Shown: positions 20,245 to 29,225 of the stretch, piece after piece
Layout: each line of letters begins with the position of its first letter
Position numbering within the stretch: position 1 is the stretch's first letter
Translations under genes and position numbers: made by a program
Notes under the pieces: model-generated
Seen by the model: only the letters and a program-made list of their open reading frames with translations
Told to the model about the DNA's origin: nothing
The model's database searches: none
DNA from: an uncultured Cytophagales bacterium
GTDB taxonomy: Bacteria; Bacteroidota; Bacteroidia; Cytophagales; Cyclobacteriaceae
Length of the DNA stretch: 64,000 nucleotides
NCBI GenBank assembly: GCA_942491935.1
Contig: CALOCZ010000028.1
Location: 95,719-159,718 of the forward strand
Direction of reading: 5' to 3'

Positions 20245-20709
20245 ATGAAAGATTATAAAATAAAACGATTATTGATATTCCTGTTTGTTTTGAGCTTTGG
20301 AATGATTTCCTGTTCTGATAATGGAGAAAGTGATCCGAATCTTCTTTCCAAGGAACAAATAGAGGATAACATGAATTCAGGGAATTGGAGAATCACTAAA
20401 TTCATCGATTCGGGGAAGGATGAAACAAATCATTTTTCCGGCTATGACTTTGTATTTAACGAGAATGGGGTGTTGACAAGCAGCAGTGGAACAAATACCT
20501 ATGAGGGATCCTGGAGTATTTCGGATAGCAACAGCAGCGATGACAGTCCTGATGATTTGGATTTCAACATCCTTTTCAACCTTACTAATGATTTTGAGGA
20601 TCTCAATGATGATTGGGATATACTCACAATAACAGCCAGTAAGATTGAATTGGAGGATATTAGTGGAGGTAATGGAGGAACTGACATCCTGACCTTCGAG
20701 AAAAATTAA
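20245..20709 (+). CDS. acidic lipoprotein, unknown function
   Basis: 154 aa with lipobox MISCSDNGESD and a Ser/Asp-rich central tract. Confidence 0.5.
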   Translation: MKDYKIKRLLIFLFVLSFGMISCSDNGESDPNLLSKEQIEDNMNSGNWRITKFIDSGKDETNHFSGYDFVFNENGVLTSSSGTNTYEGSWSISDSNSSDDSPDDLDFNILFNLTNDFEDLNDDWDILTITASKIELEDISGGNGGTDILTFEKN

Positions 20710-20725
20710 TTAAAATACACTATAC

Positions 20726-20760
20726 AGATAATGCAGCTGGATTCACCGGCTGCATTATCT
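20726..20760 (+). terminator. possible intrinsic terminator
   Basis: 12-bp stem AGATAATGCAGC / GCTGCATTATCT with an 11-nt loop, followed by a weak T tract (TATTT). Confidence 0.45.
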
Positions 20761-20977
20761 TATTTCCCCTTCCCGGTAAAAAGCGGTAAATATCGCAGTA
20801 ACAATGCGAATGCACGGATCTTATTTAGAGACCAGATACTAAATTTTAATGTCTCAGAGGCAACCATTGGAAGACTTCCCTTGTATTGTCTGTAGAAATG
20901 GGTAATTGGAACTTAAAATTTAAACTTCAGAAAGCTTATACTTTAAAAGATAAAGATTGGGATCAGATCAAACACTT

Positions 20978-21526
20978 ATGTTGCGCAACCTCATAAAGGG
21001 TTGTATCAAAAATGACAGAAAAAGTCAGAGAGATCTGTACCAGCATTTTTATGCCTATAGCTTAAGTATATGTCTTAGGTATTCAGATAGCAGGGATGAA
21101 GCGGTTGAAGTTCTAAATCAGGCATTTATGAAAATATTCAAGAACCTTAAAAAATTCGATCTTTCAAAACCATTTACCCCATGGTTAAGAAAGATCCTGA
21201 TCAATTCATGTATTAATAATTTTAAAAGAAAGAGAATTGAATTGATGAATGACGTGCTTGAAGAGCAGGTGCATTCATCCGGTGAGGATATATTATCTCA
21301 TATTTCCTATAATGAGATCCTGGAACTAATCCGGAAGTTGTCTCCCGGATACAGAACCGTGTTCAATTTATATGTAATAGAAGGATATAAACACGAAGAA
21401 ATAGCGGTCATGCTGAATATTTCAGTTGGCACGTCTAAATCGAACCTGGCCAAGGCCAAAAAAAATATGAGAATTATTCTAAAAGAATATTTCCTGGAAG
21501 ATTATGAACGATCAAAACAAGGATAG
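20978..21526 (+). CDS. ECF-subfamily RNA polymerase sigma-70 factor
   Basis: Region 2 (DLYQHFYAYSLSICLRYS) and region 4 HTH (EIAVMLNISVGTSKSNLAKAKKNM). The ATG at 20978 is preferred over the TTG at 20957. Confidence 0.85.
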   Translation: MLRNLIKGCIKNDRKSQRDLYQHFYAYSLSICLRYSDSRDEAVEVLNQAFMKIFKNLKKFDLSKPFTPWLRKILINSCINNFKRKRIELMNDVLEEQVHSSGEDILSHISYNEILELIRKLSPGYRTVFNLYVIEGYKHEEIAVMLNISVGTSKSNLAKAKKNMRIILKEYFLEDYERSKQG

Positions 21527-22796
21527 TCTAGAAAATTTCTTTAAGAAAGGAGCTCAAAATTACGATATTGAGTTCAGGGAAGGCGACTGGAAGAAAATGG
21601 AAGCCCTGTTGGATAGTGAAATGCCTGTTGCCTTCTCACTTTCTTCATTTCTGAAGAAGATCTGGCCCCTGGTTGCCTTGCTTGTGGTAATCCCATTGGG
21701 CTGGTATTCTCTTGATCGGTATTCAGGTGGTAAAACCACAGAGCTTGGTGCTGTAAATCAGGGTGATAATTTGGAAGTTAATCCCTCTACCGGAAATGAT
21801 CACCTACTGAATTCACAAATCATTCATAATAAATTGATGGATTCACAGACACAACCTGATTCTGAAATCCTCAGTCAGAGGATAGATAAAAACGAAAGTC
21901 TGAAGCCAGGCTTATCATCATTTAAGAAGATGGATATTGTTGCCAGTACGACCGAAACGGTTAAAAATGAAAACCTTATTCACGGTGATCCTAAATACGA
22001 GAAGCTGGAGAAATCAGGCCAGTCAGGAGGATTTGTCAAGTCTGGAACTAATGAGCAGGATATGATTAATTCTGAGTCTTATGCTTATAGTATTCCTGGT
22101 ATGTTGATCCCTCTATTTCCTGGTTCCACTGTTGGTGTCCTGGCTGATCCGGACCGGCTTGAGGCAAGGCCTGTTATCGATAATCCTGAAGATGAACGAT
22201 ATAAAATTTCTCTATCACTTGGAGCGGGATTCAGTCCTGATTTCAGTACGGTAGGATTTGGCAATTTTGTTTCCCCGGGTGTCCGCTGGAATTTCATGGC
22301 TGAAACCGGGGTATCCAGAAGGTTTATGTTAAATACAGGTATAATCTGGGTAAAGAATAAGTATGAGGCACGTGGAGAAGATTACCATGCCCCTCCACGT
22401 TATTGGAAAAAGGGCATCGCCGCGGATGAGGCCTATGGTGAATGTATTATGCTGGATATCCCATTAAATGTGAGATACGATTTCCTGATGAAAGGAAGGC
22501 ACCAATTCTTTATCTCTGGTGGTGCTTCTACCTATATCCTTCTGAAAGAGGATTATTATTTCGAGTACGAGGTGGAAGATCCGGAGTTGCCACAATATTG
22601 GGGAACCGATAAAGTGAGTGTTTATCCCTTTAAAATTGTGAATCTCTCGGTAGGGTACCAGTACCAATTGGGTAGAAAAGGAGCTTTGCAGGTGGAACCG
22701 TTTATTAAGATCCCTACCGCCGGGGTAGGTTGGGGAGAGGTCGATTTGCAAACTCTTGGAGTTTATTTTATGTATAAATACCGACTTGGCAGATGA
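21504..22796 (+). CDS. anti-sigma-like single-pass membrane protein with C-terminal beta-barrel-like domain
   Basis: 430 aa overlapping the sigma gene by 23 nt. One TM (IWPLVALLVVIPLGWY). The C-terminal ~190 aa have an alternating beta-strand pattern ending in an aromatic-rich tail. Confidence 0.5.
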   Translation: MNDQNKDSLENFFKKGAQNYDIEFREGDWKKMEALLDSEMPVAFSLSSFLKKIWPLVALLVVIPLGWYSLDRYSGGKTTELGAVNQGDNLEVNPSTGNDHLLNSQIIHNKLMDSQTQPDSEILSQRIDKNESLKPGLSSFKKMDIVASTTETVKNENLIHGDPKYEKLEKSGQSGGFVKSGTNEQDMINSESYAYSIPGMLIPLFPGSTVGVLADPDRLEARPVIDNPEDERYKISLSLGAGFSPDFSTVGFGNFVSPGVRWNFMAETGVSRRFMLNTGIIWVKNKYEARGEDYHAPPRYWKKGIAADEAYGECIMLDIPLNVRYDFLMKGRHQFFISGGASTYILLKEDYYFEYEVEDPELPQYWGTDKVSVYPFKIVNLSVGYQYQLGRKGALQVEPFIKIPTAGVGWGEVDLQTLGVYFMYKYRLGR

Positions 22797-22967
22797 AATG
22801 AAAGCTGAAGCGCTGAAACTGGAAATATTTCAGATGTCGAAAAACGGCGACCCTGAAAAGATAATATTTAAGGTTATTTCTGATGAGATATTGATCATAA
22901 TTATTGTGAAGATCAAAACAACAGTTTATATGCACCATAAAATTATTCTAAACCAAAATTAAAACTC

Positions 22968-23537
22968 ATGAAGAAGAATTTAATTAAACTAATTGGGATC
23001 CTGATTGCGATTATTGTCGTTTTAAATTCCTGTAGCGATTCTACCGAGGAGGCTGATCCCTGCCAGAATGGCCCGGAACTAAGTATAGATAATATAACCA
23101 TAAGTATTGAAGGGCAATCAAATGGAGAAATTAAAGCAAGCACGGATAATGGGACATCTCCATATATGTACAGCATTGATGGAATAAACTTTCAGAATGA
23201 TGGTACATTTACAAGTCTCGCGGCAAACGATTATACCATAACAGTTAAGGATGCCAATAATTGCACCGATTCTAAAATGGCTACTGTGACAGAGGTTCCC
23301 GAAGTATCTTATTCAAGTGAGATAAGACCGATCATTGATACAAATTGTCAGATATCCAATTGTCATGGAGCGCAACAGGGAATCCCTTCATTTGCCACCT
23401 ATGCTGATGTGAGCGCAAATGCCAGTAATATCAAGTTCAGAACATCAAGTGGTTCCATGCCCCCCGCTGGGCCTCTGCCTGATGCAGAAGTTCAATTGAT
23501 ATCGGATTGGGTAGACCAGGGCGCTCCCAACAACTAG
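22968..23537 (+). CDS. lipoprotein with SprB-like repeat and C-terminal CX4CH cytochrome-c-like domain
   Basis: Lipobox VLNSCSDSTEE. The segment GEIKASTDNGTSPYMYSIDG...YTITVKDANNC resembles SprB repeats. C-terminal domain IRPIIDTNCQISNCHG...GSMPP...WVDQGAPNN. Confidence 0.6.
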   Translation: MKKNLIKLIGILIAIIVVLNSCSDSTEEADPCQNGPELSIDNITISIEGQSNGEIKASTDNGTSPYMYSIDGINFQNDGTFTSLAANDYTITVKDANNCTDSKMATVTEVPEVSYSSEIRPIIDTNCQISNCHGAQQGIPSFATYADVSANASNIKFRTSSGSMPPAGPLPDAEVQLISDWVDQGAPNN

Positions 23538-23549
23538 ATAGGAACTGAC

Positions 23550-23894
23550 GTGAAAAGAGCAGTTATAATTGGACTTGTTTTGATTTCTTTCGCATGTACA
23601 TATGATAATGCCGAGGATTTGTATGGCATTAATGAATGTCCTTCTGAGGGTGTTTCTTTTTCGGACAAAGTGGAGCCCATTGTAAATACCAATTGTGCCA
23701 TTCCAGGTTGTCATGCATCAGGAGGACAGCAACCCACATTGGAAACGTATGAACAGATCTCCTCGAATGCTGAAAGGATAAAAACCAGGACCTCTAACGG
23801 AACAATGCCTCCATCTTCATCAGGTATTCGTCTTTCACAAGAGGATATTGACGATATCGCATGTTGGGTAAATGCAGGAGCTCCTGATAATTAA
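23550..23894 (+). CDS. small lipoprotein consisting of a CX4CH cytochrome-c-like domain
   Basis: GTG start and lipobox ISFAC. VEPIVNTNCAIPGCHAS...GTMPP...WVNAGAPDN is paralogous to the C-terminus of the upstream gene. Confidence 0.55.
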   Translation: MKRAVIIGLVLISFACTYDNAEDLYGINECPSEGVSFSDKVEPIVNTNCAIPGCHASGGQQPTLETYEQISSNAERIKTRTSNGTMPPSSSGIRLSQEDIDDIACWVNAGAPDN

Positions 23895-23920
23895 TATGTT
23901 AGAATGATAAATCCTTAGTT

Positions 23921-24466
23921 ATGAAAGATATTCGAATTGCAGGCCTTTTGATTCTATTGTTATTCTCAAATAAATCTCTGGCCCAAAAGTATAAATCCGT
24001 TGCATCCTCCGTGCATTTCTTTTCTGATGCACCGATGGAAGATATAGAAGCAACTAATCCTGATGGTCAGAGTGCCATAGATCTAGCAACGGGTGAGATT
24101 GTATTTTCTATTCCCATTAAGTCCTTTGAATTTGAGAAGTCCCTCATGCAGGAACATTTTAATGAAAATTACCTGGAATCCGATAAATATCCAGCGGCTA
24201 ACTTCAAGGGCATCATTTCAGGATTTCAAGTTGAAAGTAGTGGATGGCAAAAAGCCAGGGCTGAGGGGACCATAAATATACATGGAGTAAGTAATGATCT
24301 TACTGTGGATGGAGAGATCAAAATCGAAAAGGGTTCAATCGGAATAAAATCAAAATTCTCAATTGCCCTGGAAGATTATAAGATTAAAATACCCAAAGTG
24401 GTTTTTTATAATATTGCGGAAGTAGTTGAGGTAACTATAACATTTACATATGAACCGATTGATTAA
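23921..24466 (+). CDS. YceI-family periplasmic protein
   Basis: 181 aa with a signal peptide and a YceI-like pattern (FFSDAPMEDIEA..., HFNENYLESDKYPAANFKG). Confidence 0.8.
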   Translation: MKDIRIAGLLILLLFSNKSLAQKYKSVASSVHFFSDAPMEDIEATNPDGQSAIDLATGEIVFSIPIKSFEFEKSLMQEHFNENYLESDKYPAANFKGIISGFQVESSGWQKARAEGTINIHGVSNDLTVDGEIKIEKGSIGIKSKFSIALEDYKIKIPKVVFYNIAEVVEVTITFTYEPID

Positions 24467-25350
24467 GCCAGTACTATATATATTTGTCCTTTTCTTTCAA
24501 ACCGGTGTTTTTGCTCAGGAAGACCTGATGAATCTTATAGAGGATTCTGAACCCAGTGTGGAGCCGGTACGATCCATATTTAATGGTACACGTATAATTA
24601 ACGGGCATTCTGTTGAGACCCGGGGGGCAGGTACATTGGAGGTGATTTTCATGCACCGGTTTGGGAGTTTGAATTCCGGTGCCTATAATTTCTGGGGACT
24701 GGACGAAGCCTGGATACGGCTAGGTTTGGAATATTCCTTTACGGATGACATGACCATAGGAATTGGAAGGAGCAGTTATGAAAAAACTTATGATGGATTC
24801 CTGAAGTACCGGTTTGTTGAGCAGACAAAAGGTGCCAGAAATTTTCCGTTTACGGCAACCGGATTTGTTAGTATGGCCATTAATACCTTAAAGCCGACCA
24901 ATCCGGAGCAGGAGATCCAGTTTTCTTCCCGTTTATCTTATGCATACCAGGTTATTCTGGCAAGGAAATTCAACAAGAATCTCTCCCTGCAACTGACACC
25001 AACATGGTACATCGTAACCTGGTAGAACCCCTGAAGAAAGAAATGATATTTTTGCCCTGGGATTTGGGGGGAGATATAAAGTAAGCAGAAGACTGGCTTT
25101 GACACTGGAATACTTTTACCAATTCAATAATAATACTGAGCAAGTGAATTATGATGCCCTTGGAGTAGGGCTCGAAATTGAAACCGGAGGTCATGTTTTC
25201 CAGATCGTTTTCTCAAACTCGCGTGCCATGATCGAAAAGTCATTTATAACCGAAACAACTGGGAACTTTTTCGATGGCGACATTCATCTTGGGTTCAATA
25301 TTACTCGTGCATTTTACCTGAAAAAGAAAAAACCAGTGGAAGATTGGTAA
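24450..25350 (+). pseudogene. outer-membrane beta-barrel protein (DUF5777-like), reading frame interrupted
   Basis: Two collinear ORFs (24450-25025 in frame 0, 25099-25350 in frame 1) read as one barrel protein. The frame changes between about 25005 and 25032. Confidence 0.55.
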
Positions 25351-25562
25351 GCTGTAATGATTTGCTTATATCTCCGATTCATGATTAAATGCAATTGTCT
25401 AATGGGGTTACAAAAAATTTAAAATTATTTAAGAATTCTGGTGATGGATCTTGTTTTCATTTAGGCTCCACTAGTAGTTAATGCTTTGGATATATTACTG
25501 ACCAGCACGGAGTGTATTTTGGGGCGAGTAATTTATACGTTCAGTAAAACAACTTAAATGTT

Positions 25563-26165
25563 TCATTTTAGTTCCTGAAAATATTCAACTATGATCTTTC
25601 CAGCATCTTCCAATGATTCGCCAAAATTAAAAATGCCTTCTTCATGCCCCTTCATCACAATGATCTTTTTTTCCATCAGGTCTGTTTCCCTGAATAGTCG
25701 AATAATTTCGTAAGCCATTTCCGGAGTACCATATTCAGCCTTTTCACTTGTGGTTGGCACTTTATCCAACAGGTTTAGCCACAGGTCTTTGTTATGTATA
25801 TGTATGACCCCATGTATATCATTGCATTCCCTGTAAATAATCCCGTGACTCATGGACTCGCTTGAAGCAATTATTGGACCTTTGCACTGAAGCAAATTAT
25901 GATCAATATCGATATTTGTTACCAGGGAGAAATGATCAGGTGTAAGTGATTCCAGGTTTCCTGTCCCGGATCCGGATATAATGAAATGATCCGAATTGCC
26001 AAATCGTTGACTAATATTTCCATATCCAATTCCATCATTATAGGCACCGATCAGTTTCATCTCGTAGAGAAGGTCCCGCCATTTATTCAGTTCTTTAATA
26101 AATCGATACGGAAGAGCTGGACCCTGGTCCCATTTGGCCTTAAATTTAATATATCCATCTTCCAT
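25563..26165 (-). CDS. class II aldolase/adducin-like protein, possible methylthioribulose-1-phosphate dehydratase
   Basis: 200 aa with His-rich motifs (SMSHGIIY, VIHIHN), sitting 20 nt downstream of mtnA in the same orientation. The function is inferred from context. Confidence 0.5.
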   Translation of the reverse strand: MEDGYIKFKAKWDQGPALPYRFIKELNKWRDLLYEMKLIGAYNDGIGYGNISQRFGNSDHFIISGSGTGNLESLTPDHFSLVTNIDIDHNLLQCKGPIIASSESMSHGIIYRECNDIHGVIHIHNKDLWLNLLDKVPTTSEKAEYGTPEMAYEIIRLFRETDLMEKKIIVMKGHEEGIFNFGESLEDAGKIIVEYFQELK

Positions 26166-26185
26166 GTTAATTTATCTTAAGACCG

Positions 26186-27283
26186 CTATAATCGTTTATC
26201 CGGGAATAACTCAAGGATGCTGTTTTCATCAGCCCTACAAATCCCTTTTTCTGTAATTAGTCCGTTTATAAAACGGCCAGGTGTGACATCAAAACCATAG
26301 TTAGCTGTTTTACTCGAGTATGGCATAAGAAGCACATCATCGATCTCTGTACCGTTCCAGCCTTCTATATATTTTACTTCTTTTGGAGACCGCATTTCGA
26401 TAGGGATTTCTTCTATCCCATTTCTTATCGACCAATCGAAAGTGCTTGATGGCAGGGCCACATAAAAAGGGACGTTATTGTCATTCGCAGCCAGGGCCTT
26501 AAGATAGGTCCCAATCTTATTGGCCACATCGCCGGTTCTGGTAGTCCTGTCGGTGCCCACAATAACCATATCGACCATTCCATGTTGCATCAGATGACCG
26601 CCGGTATTGTCAGCAATTACAGTGTGAGGAATACCGTGTTCGCCCAGTTCATAAGCTGTTAGACGACTGCCCTGATTTCTTGGACGCGTTTCATCAACCC
26701 AAACATGAACTGGAATACCTTCTTCATGAGCCAGGTACATCGGAGCGGTGGCTGTACCATAATCGATACATGCCAGCCATCCAGCATTACAATGCGTTAA
26801 AATGTTTACTGGCTCTCCTTTTTTCTTTTTACTTATCTGTTTGATAATTTCCAATCCATATTCACCAATTTTTCTGCACCCGTTAATACTTTCTTCGGCC
26901 ATCTGATTGGCTAATGATAAAGCAATACGCGACTGTTCATCGGGATCAGCTGATTCATTTATTGCCTCGGTCATTCTTTCAATCGAATTGAATAAGTCTA
27001 CTGCAGTCGGCCTTGTTTTTTTTAGAGATTCAGCCACTTCCTGAATATTGTGCCTGTAATATTTGGAGAGAGTCGCGGAATAAAGGCCATAAGCAGCAGT
27101 CACCCCTATGAGTGGAGCCCCTCTTACGATCATTTCCTTAATGGCTGTTTCAAAATCCTCAGGTGTTTTAAGATCGACAATCTCAAATTTGAATGGTAAT
27201 AATCGCTGATCGATAGTCTGAACGATTTCGGGTTCGTTTTCCTTTACCCAAATCGTTCTGTAGTGTTGCCCTTTGATTTTCAT
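26186..27283 (-). CDS. mtnA: S-methyl-5-thioribose-1-phosphate isomerase
   Basis: 365 aa, eIF-2B alpha/beta/delta-like. Motifs RGAPLIGV, THCNAG and VGTDR...GD.ANKIGTY. Confidence 0.85.
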   Translation of the reverse strand: MKIKGQHYRTIWVKENEPEIVQTIDQRLLPFKFEIVDLKTPEDFETAIKEMIVRGAPLIGVTAAYGLYSATLSKYYRHNIQEVAESLKKTRPTAVDLFNSIERMTEAINESADPDEQSRIALSLANQMAEESINGCRKIGEYGLEIIKQISKKKKGEPVNILTHCNAGWLACIDYGTATAPMYLAHEEGIPVHVWVDETRPRNQGSRLTAYELGEHGIPHTVIADNTGGHLMQHGMVDMVIVGTDRTTRTGDVANKIGTYLKALAANDNNVPFYVALPSSTFDWSIRNGIEEIPIEMRSPKEVKYIEGWNGTEIDDVLLMPYSSKTANYGFDVTPGRFINGLITEKGICRADENSILELFPDKRL

Positions 27284-27653
27284 GTAGGAAAAAATGTGCT
27301 TGATTACTAACGAGGGGTAAATTAATGTATTATTTTAAATTTCAAAAGGAATTATGCAATCAGTTCTCCAAATATAAAATGGAGAAAGAGAGCCTTCCCT
27401 CACGTTCCTGGCTAATCGGAAATATATATAGATATAAATCATTAGGTATATCACTTTAAATCTCAGGATTAAACTAAAAAAAATATATTAATAATCCATT
27501 GTCTCGGAAAGCGCGAAAAATTTATACATATGCATTAAAACTTCATTTCCAGTCTTGTTTGAAAATATTAGCTCATGTCTATATTTTTTCTGGAAAAATA
27601 GGAATTAACAACATCAATTCACTATTTTGCGGGCTTATAGAAAACCATAAAGC

Positions 27654-28970
27654 ATGAAATATTATACATTACGGATCTTTTTCCTAATCACATTGGCATC
27701 AGTATTTAACCTGGGATTTGCCCAGAAAACTGACAAGCAAAAATTGAAAATTGATGAGTTAGCTTCACAGATAGAGTCTACAGTTATTGAATGGCGTCAT
27801 CATTTACATCAATATCCTGAGCTTTCAAACCGTGAATTTAAAACCGCTGCTTTTATTGCAGAAAAGCTTGAATCCTTTGGGCTCGAAGTCCAGACCGGTA
27901 TTGCACATACTGGTGTTGTTGCTATATTGAAAGGTGGTAAGCCAGGTCCGGTGATTGGTTTGAGGGCCGATATAGATGCGTTGCCGGTTACCGAGCGGGT
28001 TCCCCTTGAATGGGCATCCAAAGAGGTTTCTGAATATAATGGCCAAAAAGTAGGGGTAATGCATGCCTGTGGGCATGACACGCATGTTTCGATCTTGTTA
28101 GGGACAGCAAAACTACTCTCTGAAATAAAAGATGATTTGAAGGGCACTATAAAATTTATATTTCAGCCTGCTGAAGAAGGAGCACCCCAGGGAGAAGAAG
28201 GAGGTGCTGAGCTTATGGTTAAGGAAGGTGTATTAAAAAATCCTGATGTGGATGTTATTTTTGGATTGCATATCTGGTCTACCATGGAAGCTGGTAAGAT
28301 CGGTTACAAGCCGGAAGGGACCATGGCTGCTGCAAATTCTTACCAAATCAAAGTAAAAGGGAAACAAACACATGGTTCGAGACCTTGGGCTGGCATTGAT
28401 CCCATTGTAACGTCAGCGATGATAATAAATGGATTACAAACTACCGTTTCCAGACAGGCTGAATTAACCCAGGATCCAGCCGTTGTAACAGTAGGGGCAA
28501 TTCATGGAGGCGTAAGGAATAATATAATACCGGAAGAAGTAGAAATGATAGGTACAATCCGGACATTTGATGATGGAATGCGTGAAAAGATCTTTAAAGA
28601 CATAGAACGAACCGCAACTATGATCGCCTCAAGTCAGGGTGCAATTGCCGAAGTAACGATTAACAAAGGATATCCTGTAACATATAATGACCCGGAATTA
28701 ACTGAACTGATGGTGCCCACACTGGAATTCACTGCCGGGAAGGAAAATGTTATTCTTAGCAAAGCCATAACCGGGGCGGAAGATTTTTCATTTTACCAGA
28801 AGGAAATACCTGGCTTGTTCTTTTTCTTGGGTGGTATGCCAAAGGGAATGGATGCTAATGAGGCATATCCTCATCATACTCCTGATTTCTTTGTCACGGA
28901 TGACAGTATGATCCTTGGGATTAGAACTTTTTGTAACCTGGTTATTGATTATCCGGAAAAAGCCAAATAA
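27654..28970 (+). CDS. secreted M20-family amidohydrolase (aminoacylase/hippurate-hydrolase type)
   Basis: 438 aa with a signal peptide and the motifs RADIDALP, HACGHD and FQPAEEG. Confidence 0.85.
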   Translation: MKYYTLRIFFLITLASVFNLGFAQKTDKQKLKIDELASQIESTVIEWRHHLHQYPELSNREFKTAAFIAEKLESFGLEVQTGIAHTGVVAILKGGKPGPVIGLRADIDALPVTERVPLEWASKEVSEYNGQKVGVMHACGHDTHVSILLGTAKLLSEIKDDLKGTIKFIFQPAEEGAPQGEEGGAELMVKEGVLKNPDVDVIFGLHIWSTMEAGKIGYKPEGTMAAANSYQIKVKGKQTHGSRPWAGIDPIVTSAMIINGLQTTVSRQAELTQDPAVVTVGAIHGGVRNNIIPEEVEMIGTIRTFDDGMREKIFKDIERTATMIASSQGAIAEVTINKGYPVTYNDPELTELMVPTLEFTAGKENVILSKAITGAEDFSFYQKEIPGLFFFLGGMPKGMDANEAYPHHTPDFFVTDDSMILGIRTFCNLVIDYPEKAK

Positions 28971-29225
28971 TTTATAGTATTAATAGAAACAGGAATGCTG
29001 TACTGATTTGATTGGTTTTTAAATGCTGGTTATGTTCTATGGCTTATAAAGATGTCGAGATCAATCCAAAGCCATGTGGATAGTTTGTATTATTGAGAAA
29101 TATAACAGAATCGATCTATTACAGGCATGATCAAGTCTTTTACATTGCAGCGTTATCAATAAATCAGGTTCTTCCGGCAAGGAAGGATAAGTTTATTGTT
29201 TTAAAAAGCGATAAAGATGGTTGAA

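Noticed and set aside
27284-27653. Looked for a SAM riboswitch or T-box-like leader upstream of mtnA in the 370-bp divergent intergenic region.
   Set aside because: No recognisable SAM-I/SAM-II core or conserved helices were seen. The region is simply AT-rich.
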